Positions 45,791-62,462 of a DNA stretch of 64,000 nucleotides are shown piece after piece. The position numbers and the translations under genes are program-made. Source of the DNA: the human T2T-CHM13v2.0 reference genome, Homo sapiens; NCBI GenBank assembly GCA_009914755.4, contig CP068257.2, positions 41,184,001 through 41,248,000 on the forward strand, read 5' to 3'. The notes under the pieces are model-generated. The model saw only the letters and a list, made by a program, of their open reading frames with translations. It did no database searches and was not told the DNA's origin. Each line of letters opens with the position of its first letter. Position 1 is the stretch's first letter.

Positions 45791-47962
45791 CCACGCTCCT
45801 CTGGGACCCTCAAGCTTCCCTGCCTCCTCTGTGGGGACCCCTGGGTGACGTCTTGCTGTAGAGGAGAGGGCGCTGCTGTGCAATTCTGGTCCAGATGGTT
45901 CAGCTGGTGACCCTGGCCTCCCCATGCCAGGCTCCTGGAGGCCATTCCCAAGGTCCTGGGGGGAGGATTGAAACCACGCCCCTGGGTCCCACACCCACCT
46001 GGCCCCCTACCCCCGAAACTGCCGCCACACCCAATCCCCCCTCTCCCAGATCTGGGAGCTGGGATTCTGCCCTGCTGTCCCCGTCTGGGGCCCCTCTCCT
46101 CTGCAGGTGCCTCAGTTGGGAGAAGGAGGGGTGGCTGTGAAGGTGAGGATGAAGGAGATGGCCCAAGAGCACAGCCTGGGGGCAAGTTCCCAGGGAGGCA
46201 CTCGCTGGTAAGGGAACAGGGAACACTCGCTGTCACCCACCTTCCTTGTGACAGTGGCGCTGTGGCCCATCCACCATCACCCCAGCGCTTCACCATGAGC
46301 AGCTTCACGAATCCATGCCCAGCTCACTGCAGAATCCCCGGGCACCAGCGCTTCGCCAAGAGTGGCCTCCAGACTCCACATTTTAAGAAGGAACTCCCAC
46401 CCCATTCAGCTCGCTGCAGAATCCCCAGGGTCCCTGCCAGCCTGGCACCCAGCGTGCCCCTCAGTATTCTGGGGATTAGTGGGGGAGTCCCTCTGCCGGG
46501 AAGAGGTCCTGGCTGTGTCCCTGCAGGGCAGTGGCTGAGCCCATGCCTCGACCCCAGGGCCAGTCCCCGCCGGGTGCCATCCTGAGCAGGGCCACAGAAC
46601 GGATGTCCCACATGGCCAGGACCCCTGTGGCCACCTGACCCCGGGGGGGCTGTGGCCCTCGGTGAAGCAGGTGACCGGGCGGGCTGTGGGGTTTGTCAGC
46701 TCCGCAGCGTCACTGCCGCTCAGCGTATGAGTTTCCACTCCCAGCACTCAATGAACAGCTGAGCAACTGCAGGTGCCTCCGAGTGCTGGGAGAGGGGATG
46801 CTCAGCCAGCCAAGGGCCTTTGCCCCAGGGGAGTAAAATCGGGGCATTTCCTGGTGGGTGTCGGCTGGGCTGGAGAAGCTGGGCCTCCGGGCAGGGGCTG
46901 GCATACTGTCCAGACACTGCACGGACTGCCAGACACTCCTCACCTGGGCCTCGGGCTTCTCACCTGAACCACAGGGTGGTAACCCCTGCCCCTCAGGTGG
47001 CATTGACGTGACCTGCCTAGTGCACAGTGAGCCTGAGGCAACACGGCCACCACCAGGAGACTCCCTGGGGAAGAGGCCCCCAGACAGCCAGGTGCCCATG
47101 AAGTTCTGCACAGGGGCCGCCGCCGTCCAGGAGATGGGAGGGCCCTGTCTGCACCCTGTCTGGAAGGGGAGTGGGGCGAGCGGGCCACTTGGCCTCCCTG
47201 GTATAGGTAAGGCCAAGGCAGCTAGAACTGGGGACAGAATACCCGCAAAGGGGAGGGGAGCTGCACAGATGAAAGGAAATACACACCAGCGTCCCGTTGG
47301 GGTCTTCGGATGAACACCAACCTACACATTCTGTAAAACCCCAGGACGCCAAAGAGTAGCTTTTGAGGAAAAAACAATCCTCCGGAGGGTAAGACAAACA
47401 ATTCCCGCCTTGCACAGAAATCACCCTCGTCCCTCCAGCCAGTGTGCAGACACTTCTGAATACCCAGGATTCTGCAGGGACAGCAGGAGGGTCACACCTG
47501 GGAAGGACTAAAACATCCAAGGAAAGGCTACTTCAGCCTCACTCTAGTGAGCTTAAAACAAACCTGAAAAAGACCAAATTAATCTACATGGGGCTTAACA
47601 GCCGGCCAGAAAGCGTAATATTCTTTAAAGGAACCTTAACAAAACTTCACACTTAATAATGTAAATCTCACCATGTTCCTAGTCAAAAATTTACTACACA
47701 GACTCAGTAGCGGAAAAACATATCCCATAAGCAGAGGACAAATCACAGATGCTCCTCGACTTACGATGGAGCTACATCCGAACAAGCTCATCGTCGGCCG
47801 ACAGATCGCACGCAAGTGGTCCACGGATCGCACATAAGTGGTCCACAGTCGACAGAAACAGACCTAGATATGACAGTAATAATGAATTAGCAGAAAAGGA
47901 ACAATTATCTTAAATTTGCTCCATATGCTCGAGGGTATTTTTTAAAGCATGATTATGATTAA

Positions 47963-48440
<478 letters not shown>

Positions 48441-48443
48441 TAA

Positions 48444-48581
<138 letters not shown>

Positions 48582-49699
48582 TAAATACCAAAACCAAATT
48601 TATAGAGATGAAAAAACACAATGGCTCATACAGAAAATGGCCATAGCTTAACAGCAGCTTAAAAGATCAGTGGGCTTGAAGACGTGGAAACAGAATCTAC
48701 CAAAAATGAAACGCAAACTGAAGAAGATGAGCAGACTCACGGACCCATGAGTCCACAGCAAGCAGCCCATTCGAGTACCTGGGACTGCAGGAGGCAGGGG
48801 AAGAGACCGAATAGCTAGAATATTTCCAAATTGCATAAAAATGACAAAGCCTACAAATCTTGACAAACCCCCAAAACACACACACATACCCTAAAGCTTA
48901 TCAAATTACAGAAAACCAGGGATAAAGAGAAAAAATCAAAAGCAGCCGCAGAATACATACATGATGACTATCATGTATCAGTCAAGAGATAGAAACATTT
49001 AACACGAAGAATGATTCAACAGGAACAGAGGGTTCCACTAACATGTAAAGAGACTTCCGAGAACAGAGGCGCTGAGGCCTCGGGAGAACCTCCACCGCCA
49101 GGACTGAGACAACAAACCCACAAGCGTTGAGTCTGGATCTTGGTGAGAACCTCGGAACCCCACGTCGGCTGAGACACAGCTCTGACCTGAGTGGGGCTAT
49201 GATGTGCCGGGTGGTGCAGTTGGCCAAGGTGCAGCAGGCCAAGGCCTGAGAGCAGGAAGCCCGGGGCAGGAGTGCCAGCGAGACTCACCCAGAAGCTCTC
49301 CCTGGGGCAGGAGGGAGGCAGACGCCCTGGGAGCTGGACAGAGGCAAGGAAGCTTAGCAGGAATCCTTCCCACCGTGGTGAATGAACCTGGGTGTTGCTA
49401 AACTCCTGCAGACTGTCACTGAGAGCCCCCGCCCCCACCATGAGGCTGGCAGGCACACACCACGGAAGCCAGGAAAAGCAAGCACACTGGAACCAGGAGG
49501 GCAGGCCCCTCCCTCCTGTGGAGTCCCTCCAGCTCCTTCCAGTGACAGAGCCAAACACTGTGCCAACCTGCAAAGGAGGGTACAGGGAGGGCCCAGCCCA
49601 GGGTCACACGGCAGGGCTGAGAAGGGTGCACTGGGCACGGAGAGGCAAGACACGGATAGCTGGAGATACCGTGTGGGGGCCACACATATCTGCACGTGC

Positions 49700-49960
49700 A
49701 CATACAATCACCCTCCCACTATGAAGCACAAAACAGGGCTCAACAAATCTAAAGAGAGGGAAGTCAGCAAAGTATATTCTGAGACCACAGTGGAATTAAA
49801 ACCAGAAACCAGAAACAACAACAAAATCTGGAGGAAAACCCTAAATGTTTGGAAATTAAACCATACTTCCAAATAACCCACAGACCAAAGATCTCACAAG
49901 GGAAATCAGAAAGTAAAACGTATCACGGTACAGGAAGAAACACAGAAAGCTCTCCTTCCC
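49700..49960 (+). mobile_element. Ancient L1 ORF2 fragment (post-endonuclease region)
   Basis: Translation YSETTVELKPETRNNNKIWRKTLNVWKLNHTSK.PTDQRSHKGNQKVKR resembles L1 ORF2 ...MKLEINNRRKFGKFTNMWKLNNTLLNNQWVKEEI... Confidence 0.55.
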
Positions 49961-50319
49961 GGAGGGGCCCTCGCGGCTGGTCAGCTGCTGCTGGCTGCTG
50001 GCAGGAGGCCTCAGTTCTCTGCCATGGTAACCTTTGTAGGCTGGCTGAGTGCCCTTGTGAGCTTGCGGCACATTTCCCCCAGGGTAAGTGATCTAAGACG
50101 GGTAAGTCAAGGTTTTGGTAAGGTGGCCTCAGAGAACAGGATCAAGGTTAGGTCTGGATCGAAGGTGGGCAGTGTCACTGGCTCCCTGCAAAACTCCACA
50201 CCACACACTGTGGGCCTTCCAAGTCGATCATGAGCCGCCACAGCCGCAAACACTAGGCGTTGAGGATGCACTGCGTTTTCCACGCTGGGGTCGGGGTCTG
50301 GGATGAAGGACTGGCAGGA

Positions 50320-51938
<1,619 letters not shown>

Positions 51939-52222
51939 TCAAGGTACCAGCAAGAAGGCAGCTGCGCCATCCACTGAGACACAGAAACGGCTCTTGGCAG
52001 AGGGACCAACTCAGGACCAAGGCAGGATGCTGAGGAATAGCAGGAAGCCAACCCCGCTGGGGAAGAAGCAGAGCCTCAGAGTAGCCCCGCGGTCCTGGTG
52101 GAGAGACGCGGCCCCGTGAGGAGGGCGTTCCGTCTCAGTCCCAGCCACTCCACTCTGCAGCCGTAGCACAAAGCAGACACAGATAAGACATGGACAGACA
52201 GGCATGGCTGCATCCATAAAAG

Positions 52223-52228
52223 TTTATT
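52223..52228 (-). promoter_or_regulatory. Candidate AATAAA polyadenylation signal for the minus-strand gene
   Basis: tttatt on the plus strand, about 2.2 kb downstream (minus sense) of the stop codon at 54411; no other clear AATAAA in between. Confidence 0.3.
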
Positions 52229-52849
52229 CTCAGATAATGAAATGTGAATTTCATGATTTTCATGTCATGAAATATATTTTTAATTTGTTTTCAACCACTT
52301 TTAAAATGTAAAAAAGCCATTCACAGGCCATCTATCAGGCCGTGGGCAGGATGCAGCGCATGGGCCTGTCTGCCAGACCCTATTTTAGGTGAAGATGCCA
52401 GCAAGACCAACCTGAACCTCTCCTAAAACCAAGACTTTCAAAGCAGACTATGAATGAGAAAGCATGCCCTGCGCCAGATGCCCTGGCAGCGTGAAGGAGG
52501 CCAGGCTGCTTGTACAGGACAGTGGCCCAGCATGGCCCCTGCCTTCTGAAACCCCTGATCCCCAGCAGAGAGGAGTGGGCCTCAGCTTTGCAGACAGCAC
52601 TGTTTCCAGATCAATGTTAAAAGGAAAACAAGGCACTTATGAAAAATTTGAAGCATTCCAGCTTTTGATACACAAAAGGATTCTGAGTACCCAGCGATAC
52701 CCCACATCATAGTCATCGCCAGCATGAACCTGTTCCTGTGTGGAGACTTCATCACTGGACAGCAGGTAGGAGCCGGCCTGAACGAATTAAGTGATGTACC
52801 CAGAAGCCTGCCCATTGCAGAAGCCTCTTCCCAAATCACGCGGCGCACA

Positions 52850-53577
52850 CCTCACTCACATGCAGCGCACGGTCACGCAGTGCGCACCTCACACACACAC
52901 AGCGCACGATCACGTGGCCTGCACCTCACTCACACAGCGCACGATCACGCGGCGCGCACCTCACTCACACAGCGCACAATCACGCGGCGCGCACCTCACA
53001 CAGCGCACGATCACGCGGCGCGCACCTCACACAGCACACGATCACGCGGCGCGCACCTCACACAGCACACGATCACGCGGCGCGCACCTCACTCACAGCA
53101 CACGATCACGCAGCGTGCACCTCACACACAGCGCACGATCACACCGCGCACCTCACACACACAGCGCACGATCACGCGGCGCGCACCTCACTCACACAGC
53201 GCACGATCACGCGGCGCGCACCTCACTCACACAGCGCATGATCACAAGGCGCGCACCTCACACAGCACACGATCACGCGGCGCGCACCTCACACAGCACA
53301 CGATCACGCGGCGCGCACCTCACTCACAGCACACGATCACGCAGCGTGCACCTCACACACAGCGCACGATCACACCGCGCACCTCACACACACAGCGCAC
53401 GATCACGCGGCGTGCACCACACACATAGCGCACGATCACACCACGCACCTCACACACACACACACAGCGCACGATCACGCGGCGCGCACCTCACTCACAC
53501 AGCACACGATCACGCAGCGTGCACCTCACACACACACAGCGCACGATCACACCGCGCACCTCACACACACACAGCGC
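52850..53577. repeat. CpG-rich minisatellite/VNTR, ~31-37 bp unit x about 21, with higher-order (~240 bp) periodicity
   Basis: Unit cacagcgcacgatcacgcggcgcgcacctcact(ca) repeated continuously; blocks 53090-53200 and 53330-53440 are near-identical. Confidence 0.95.
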
Positions 53578-54410
53578 AGGCACCAAGGAGTTTTGCCTGG
53601 TATATTAGGTTGCTGCTAAACATTCCTAGGAAGTTGAGAAGGTTCATCCTTGCTGATCGGTGATTGAAATTCAGCAACATCCCTGTGGCTCTGCAGTGTG
53701 TGCCAAGGTCAAATCAAATCATAACGACGTCCTCAATCACCTCCCTGTAAACCGGGTGCCAGCCAGGCCCGTGCTCACACTTCCTGAAACAAGTTCACCA
53801 TCTGTGCCACCGATGCCAGACAGAGCTCCCTGCGACTCCAAAACGTGTTTCTCACTTCCCACAAGGGAGCCACTCTCCAGGAGCAGCTCCTGAGCACAAG
53901 GGCTACGGCTGGGGCTGGGGCAGGCTCAAGCACTCGTGCTGAGTTTCAACAGCCTGTGTGGCGAGCAGCTACTGCGGGACAGCACGTCACCTGGGTGCTG
54001 AGACGGCGGAACAACATGAAAACATCCACCATGCCAGAAACGTCAGCCCACAGATGCTCCTAGAGGAAGATGCAGCGGACACGAAGGGCGGTATGAGAAC
54101 AGGAGAAACACAGACAGCTGCCGCCACCACCGGCTCACACGCAGCCTCCGACATGAAAAGAAAGTGCTTCAAGAGCTTCCACTCCACTGGTCTGGCTTCC
54201 CTTCAACCAGAAAGGGGGCACAGGCACCCAGCAAGAGCCTGTGCTGGTGACACAGAATGTTCTTTCTAGAGCCCAGGGGACAGCCCCATCCTCTGAGCTG
54301 GTCACAACTGATGTCACCTTTTCCTTCTTGAAGGGACATGCCAGGATGCAGGGGAACAAGTTAAAAAGCTTTTCCTAATTTGAGGTGAGAGACACCACTG
54401 ACCGCCACGA

Positions 54411-55130
<720 letters not shown>

Positions 55131-56512
55131 TTAAGGCATCGAGTGTGGGATAGCATGTTCTGCCGCCACAGGGAATGGACACGGATTTCATCTACTTTAT
55201 CTAAGTGCCAAGGATTGGGGGCAATGACTGACCACAGGCACACGGAGACAGCCTCAGCCTGGCCAGGAAACCACAGGCCCAGCCGGTAACCCGCGCACCA
55301 GCGACTGCCTGAAGCCTGCCCATCCAGCAGGTGGCGCAGCCTCCCCGCCCCTCCAGCGACTCTGCTGCTTGTGGGACACTCTAGCAGCAGCCCTCCCCGG
55401 TCCCTCTCCCAACGCAGGCCCCCAAGTCTGCGCCGGGAACAGGCTGCTCTATCTATGGAACATCTCAGGAGAGCGAGCCCAGGCTTTGGCCTGAGACTGT
55501 TGTGCAAGGTGACACTCAACAGGTCTATGCTGTCCGTGGCCTAGAGCACGGGGGCCATGAGCACTGCAGATGCCCGGCCATGAGCACTGCCGCCTGCAGT
55601 CCCTGACACAGCCAGTTACAGGCCCACTCTGAAGTGTTCCTAAAGCAGATCCCAACCACGCTGGGGGGCCCAACCCTGCCCGTCTCAACCCTCAACATCC
55701 TAAGCAAAGCAGGAGGGAGAGAAGCCTCAGAGGCAGAGCCAGCGTGCCGCCACTCGGGGAGCCTGGCAGAAGGCGGCTGGGCCCCAATCAGCGGAAACTC
55801 CTCCGACCTCAGTGTGAATCCCTCCAGAGCTCCAAGGAACCTCAGTGCTCACTGCAGTGGGGTTTAGCTTTGCAAGACTTCAGAGCAGCAACTTCTTGTC
55901 GTGAATGAGGCACCTGGATTCCATGCTGGGCTAATCCATCCTGCAGACACCATCGCCTCCAAGACTGCAAGGTGCTGGCACAACGACGCACCCAGAACTA
56001 CAGTGTGTCGTGTCCCCAGAAGGCAGGGTAGAAAATGTTCGTCCAGCTCCTCCCTCAGCCTGGCTGCTCTCCTTCCTGCAGCCGCAGCCACGGGAGTTGC
56101 TGGCTAGATTCCCTCCCCTCAGCTGAGTGTTCCTGTCAGGACAGTGACCATCCTGCCCCTGCTCAGCCTCCTGAAGACCCCCGGGGCCTCTGGCTAGACC
56201 CCCACTAAACCTCCCAGTGAGGCCCTGCACTTACTGACGCACACTGCAGTGGGATCAATTCCCTCAACACCATGGACCAGGCATGAGGCAGCACAGCACC
56301 AGCTCCCTCTGGGAGCCACCAGCTGCCAGCCCTGCCCTGGGGACCTTCAACGCCCAACTCTGAAGGCAGGTGCTCAGACCCTGAGCCCCCGGTTCCTAAG
56401 TGGCTCTCGTTAGCCTGACTCCCATGGGGGGCTCCTTCTTCTGCTGTGCGTCACCCACCTCCTGCCCTGCCCCGCCTTCTGGATGGGGACACACGCTTAC
56501 TCTCCCTCTTTA

Positions 56513-56710
<198 letters not shown>

Positions 56711-56996
56711 TCATCAGAAAGAGGCAGGCCTGGAAACCCAGCACCAGGACGCAACACATGCTGGCCAGAGAGGCTTGCAGGGGAGGTCCCCTCCTGGTGC
56801 CTGGGGACCCCCATTCACCTTCTGTGGAGACCTGGGGAGGCAGCCCCCGCAGCTGGCCCATGATGCCAGGGCAAGCTCTTCACATGCAGTTCATCAACCT
56901 CAGGGGCCAGCAGGTGCGACAGGCACCCACTGGGGACATCATGTGGCCTGCCACTTCTCAGGTAAAAAGAACTGGATGGCTTAAAAGTGCTTCCAG

Positions 56997-57334
<338 letters not shown>

Positions 57335-57793
57335 CTACTCCACTCAACTCCACAGCAACCCTGTGAGACGCAGGGCGGGCAGGGGCATTGCTCCGTTACC
57401 AGGAGCGATGCAGACAAGGTACAGGGTTCGCCCCGTCCCCCAGCAAGGAAGCAGCTCGGCCCGCCGCCCTCGCCCAGAGACCCCACTGTCTCCCCAGAGG
57501 AAAGCAGCTCAGCCTGCCGCCCTTGCCCCCTCCTCTACCCGGGGCTCCACATGCTCCTGAGGACTCAGCCAGTGCCCCAGGCCCGAGGCTGTGCTAATCC
57601 AGCCTCCAAGTGTTAGTCCCACACACCCTTGCCACACTGAGTGCCAACTTCATCGCTAAGTGTGGTGTGGGGGGCCACACACTCCCCCAAAAAAAGAACT
57701 GTTGCAGACATCACCACATGGGACAAGCCAGCCACGCCGGCCTGGCACCCGGCTCCCTTCACCCACGGTGGAAGCCCCAGCCACTGCCATTCA

Positions 57794-58225
<432 letters not shown>

Positions 58226-58924
58226 CTACGCTGAAAGCCCCAGCTGCGCCACTCCCAAATGCCGGCGCCGGGGAAACCATGGGGTGACGTACACTTTTTT
58301 AAGTCCTAAGCTCTGGAGTGGCTCGTGGTGCAGCAATAGCTAACCAGCACGGTACAGGCAGGCAGGGCAGGAGGACGCAGGCCCTGGGCTCAGGCGCAGC
58401 TCTCCTCTCACACCTGCGTACTTCCAGAACGAGCTAAGAGACCTCCCCAGGCTGTCATAAGGACAAGATGAAAAGTGCCAAAAGCACCAAATAGAATACC
58501 TTTCCTGACACACACAAGTCACTCGGGAAGAAGCAGCAGAACTGCACTCCACCCCTAAACCCACCTTGTCAGCACCGCCAACCCCAGGGGGTTCCCATCC
58601 GACCAGCCCCGAGCCGGGAGTGAGGTGATGCCACCACGACTGGCCCAGGGGAAAGTCTGTCATCTCAGAAGGCCAGGCAGAGGCTGCTGGTGCTCTTTAC
58701 GCCAGGGGAGTTCAACGTCAGGTTGAAGAGCGCTGGCTGAGAGGAGCCCTCACCCTCATGCAGCAGCAGTCATCAAAAGTGACATTCTCAGAGGGAGGTG
58801 CTAGACCAATACCACCACCGTTCAGGACCTCTTCATTGAGGACGTGGGCCAGTGGCCAACCCGCTAACTCTTCCCCCTGCAGGTCTGCAGAACCGGAGGC
58901 CATAGAGGTGCCGCCGCAGCTTAC

Positions 58925-58989
58925 CCGTCGCACAGGAGCGCCACGCAGTTCTCCTGGCACCAGAATGCAATCCTGGACGCGGCAAACTT
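58925..58989 (-). CDS. WDR4: WDR4 internal coding exon
   Basis: Acceptor cttcttctccttttag|AAG, donor GG|gtaagc; encodes KFAASRIAFWCQENCVALLCDG; I predicted this peptide from memory and then found it in the DNA. Confidence 0.78.
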
Positions 58990-59372
58990 CTAAAAGGAGA
59001 AGAAGCCCATTAACTTCACGCCACCTGCAGGGGCCCGACGCCGGGCGCTCTGATCCAACAAGAGCAAGACCGAAGGACGCTCACGCCCCCACATATCGAG
59101 GAAGAGGAAACAGCACTGGAACATTCTGGAATCAGTGGGGAAAGGAGGGTAGCTGATTCCCTGTTTCCCAAGCAGATGACAAAAGCCCCCCAGTGGTTCT
59201 GGCACTCCCTGCAGGGCCTGCGACAGCCTCCAAAGCCAACAAGATAGGTCAGACAGTGAGGAGAAGAGGGAGCGGAGGACACAGGGGAAAGGAAGAGATG
59301 AGAGCTACACATACAACTGCCCTGTGAGCTCCCACAGTTCCTGGCAGAGAAAATATTAAAAATGAAGAAGAG

Positions 59373-59504
59373 GCCGGGCACAGTGGCTCACGCCTTTAAT
59401 CCCAGCTACTCAGGAGCCTGAGGCGGAGGTTGCTGTGAGTCGAGATAGCACCACTGCACTCCAGCCTGGGCAAGAGTGGGACTCCATCTCAAAAAAAAAA
59501 AAAA
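59373..59504 (+). mobile_element. Alu with internal deletion (intronic)
   Basis: ggccgggcacagtggctcacgcctttaatcccagctactcaggagcctgaggcggaggttgctgtgagtcgagatagcaccactgcactccagcctggg...poly-A. Confidence 0.8.
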
Positions 59505-60043
59505 ATTTTTTTTAAATGAAGGAAACTTCCAGGAACCTGAGTCCACGTGAAGCATGAAGGAAAAGGCCTGGTCCTCTCTTACACAGCTGCCTGGCAGGGG
59601 GCAGAGGCCACACCACACAGTTCTCTAGGAAATGGAACAGACCGTTTGGCGGGAAACTTTGCCAAGGCCTGGGCTTTCAGGGTGTCATGAGATTGCTCCA
59701 AGCTGGCCAGAGAATGCTGGAGTGGGCCTGGCCCCACCCCTGCCCCACCTGGCTGGCAGACCCACAAAGGTGCATGCTCAAGCACCTCCATTCCTTCCAC
59801 TTCAGAGCAGGATTAGAGGCCTTCCTGTACATTAACTGTTTGCATGCAACAGGGAGACAAATTATTTCCCACTGACATGACGAGCCACCTTCAGAATTTG
59901 AAATACGAGATTTCCCTCACACAGGAGGAAGTCTGGCATTGAGAGCAAACGTTTCCAACGGCGAAGTGACTTTTCCACTCAAGTCAGGCGACTGCCGGTG
60001 TCTACAAGCACTCAGTCGCCCAGGAGTGAACAGAAGCAGCTAC

Positions 60044-60142
60044 CTGGGGGGCCTGGGGGTCCACCAGCTCCTGCAGACTGGCCAGGTGACAGCAGTGCAG
60101 CTGGCGGCCGCTCCTGTACTCCCAGAGCCTCAGGGTGCCGTC
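60044..60142 (-). CDS. WDR4: WDR4 internal coding exon (WD40 motif DGTLRLWEY)
   Basis: Acceptor tgtgtgtttggtttgtgcag|GAC with branch-like tgctaac, donor CAG|gtagct; encodes [33 protein letters not shown]. Confidence 0.78.
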
Positions 60143-60777
60143 CTGCACAAACCAAACACACAGGTTAGCACATGGTTGTGGGGCTTCCGTCAGGTAGGGT
60201 GACAGAGAGGACAGCTGCGTGTGGTCGGGGCTCCACTCCGTGACAGCCATGCCACCCACCCTCAGGAATTAAAGGCTCTCTGCTCTGACTGTGTAAATCG
60301 CTCATGCAAATCATCAAGGACAACGGTGGGGAACGGAAGGTGACCGATTCCCTGTTTCTCGAGTGCCAATATGCCCAGGCAGATGACAAAGCCAATGAGG
60401 CAGATCCTAGCAAAATAAGCCAAGGCCGCTAGATGGCCAGGTTGTCATCCGCCAGGAGGCCAGACCACATCTGCTGTGCCCGGGCCAGGCATAGACACGG
60501 GCATGCACACAGGTCTGCGCAGACACTTCAGCAATCATGCATTCCCACGGGGAGACACGTGTGGGCTCATGAGCTCGTGGCCACTGCTCCACTTCACTAA
60601 GAATGACAGGAAGGACATGGCCATCAGCAACCGTCCCATGACAACTGGTACAACCCTTCAGGAAGCCGACACAGGAACCAAGAGGCTCCACGCTCTAAAA
60701 CCATCATCAATGGAAAAAAGCGTTTCTCTTTTTTTTCTTGGTTTTATCTGTTGTTATTTTTTTGTTGTTTAATTGAA

Positions 60778-60930
60778 ATGGGGTCTATTCCACACTGCCC
60801 ACTGCACTGCAGTGGCTATTCACAGGCTTGCTCCTGGCTCACTGCAGCCTCTGACTCCCAGGCCCAGGCAATCCTCCCGCCTCAGCCTCCGAGTAGCTGG
60901 GACTACAGGCATGAGCCACCATACCTGGCT
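60778..60930 (-). mobile_element. Alu fragment (reverse)
   Basis: ...ggctcactgcagcctctgactcccaggcccaggcaatcctcccgcctcagcctccgagtagctgggactacaggcatgagccaccatacctggc. Confidence 0.75.
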
Positions 60931-61127
60931 TAAAAAAAATTCATTACAGCACTAATTCAGTGGAGAGAAATAAATCAATACTCATTAAATCTAATGAGAG
61001 AGTGTCTGTGCACTATTTGTAAGTATTTTTAAATGACTAAATGAAAAAGATGAAAAGTAAATACCCCAAACAGCTAACAGTAGATGCATATCCTCTGGGT
61101 GCCGAGGTAAGAGTGGATGTATGAATG

Positions 61128-61168
61128 CACACACACACGCATGCACATACACACGCACACACACACAC
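61128..61168. repeat. (CA)n-like microsatellite
   Basis: acacacacgcatgcacatacacacgcacacacacacacc. Confidence 0.85.
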
Positions 61169-62187
61169 CTTTCTACAAATGTGGCAGATAAACATGGAGA
61201 CCAACACACACATCTACAGGCATTTCACTCACCCCCAAACCTCTCTACGAAGACAAGAAAAAGATGTTTAATAACCATGAACCCACTAAGACAAAGACAA
61301 CAGGCAAGAAGAGAAGGCAGCCGCGGAGAGACAGCAAGGAAACCTGGGGGCTGGAGGCCAGGGAACAAATGCACCAGCCACAGAGAAGCCCGAGAGGTGC
61401 CAGGACCTGCCAAAGACCAAACCGGGCCAGGCAGCCTGAAGACCAAGGTGGTGAGGGGAGCTGTCAAATGTCTTTACAAAGAGAAACGGGACCTCCCTGA
61501 TGCATCCTCAGCCCCAAACTCCAGGCCAGCAGAAGGCTCTGGGGAAATGGAGCCGAGGGGCCCCTGTCTCGGGGATGCCAAATACTCACTGAGAAGAGAG
61601 TCACCTAGCCCCTTCGCACTCACCTCCCAGAGCCCCGGGGGACAGACCTGGGCAAGAGTGAAGGCCGGGACACTGACCACCCAGAAGAGACCGACTGACC
61701 CACACGTTCTACGGAGTCCACAGGCAAGGGGCTGCTGCCCACAGACACCTGCTCTGAAGCCCCTCGGGCCCCACCCTGGGTGCACACACCCAGCCTCTGA
61801 GGCCGGCTGGTGCTGACTCCCATCACACACAGGCAGATGGCATCGCCAGACATCCGAGGAAAACCTCCAATGAGAAAGGCAGACAACACACTCCAGAGAA
61901 GGCAATCAAACACAAGGCCAGGAAGAAATTGAAGAAAGAAAAGTCCACGCTCATCTCAGTGAGATAAGAGACACGTGCACTATCCGAGAATGGGTGGCTG
62001 CAAAAAAGAACGTGCCGAGGGCAAGAAAGAACTAAAGATTCAAAATAATCCTAATAAAACTCAAGTCTCCACAGAAGGCTGGAAAGTAAAGTTGAGGCAA
62101 TCTCCCAAGAAGTAAGACTATTCCTAAAGGAGTAGAAATACGAGATTGAACAGGAAAGAAAAAAACCAGAGAATTATGGCCCAGCAT

Positions 62188-62462
62188 GGTGGCTCTCGCC
62201 TATAATCCCAGTGGGCGGAAGTGGGTGGATCGCTTGAGGTCAAAAGTTTGAGACCAGCCTGGCCAAGCTGGCAAAACCCCATCACTACAAAAGTATAAAA
62301 AATTAGCGGGGCATGGTGGTGTGTGCCTGTAATCCTAGCTACTCGGGAGGCCTGAAGTGGGAGGATTGCTTGAGCCCGGGAGGCAGAGGCTGCAGTGAAC
62401 CGAGATCACGCCACTGCACTCCAGACTGGGAGACAGAGCAAGACTCTGTCTCAAAAAAAATA
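62188..62462 (+). mobile_element. Alu SINE
   Basis: gcccagcatggtggctctcgcctataatcccagtgggcggaagtgggtggatcgcttgaggtc... Confidence 0.88.

Noticed and set aside
44725-46308. Minus-strand ORFs of 187-294 codons rich in His/Thr/Tyr
   Set aside because: They read through the GT-rich minisatellite (antisense CA/CAT codons), a compositional artefact.
52850-53577. CRISPR-like array
   Set aside because: The repeats are contiguous with no unique spacers, the context is eukaryotic, and there are no cas genes. It is a minisatellite.
52724-53663. Very long ORFs (234 and 290 codons) with repetitive HTAHDHAARTS... peptides
   Set aside because: They lie entirely within the ~33-bp tandem minisatellite. The periodic peptide is a repeat artefact, not a protein.
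58754-58903. Apparent exon-1-like ATG with ORF MASGSADLQGEELAGWPLAHVLNEEVLNGGGIGLAPPSENVTFDDCCCMR followed by a GT donor
   Set aside because: It lies immediately downstream of the genuine donor GG|gtaagc of exon 58925-58989, so it is intronic read-through. The in-frame protein continues in exon 57932-58115 instead.
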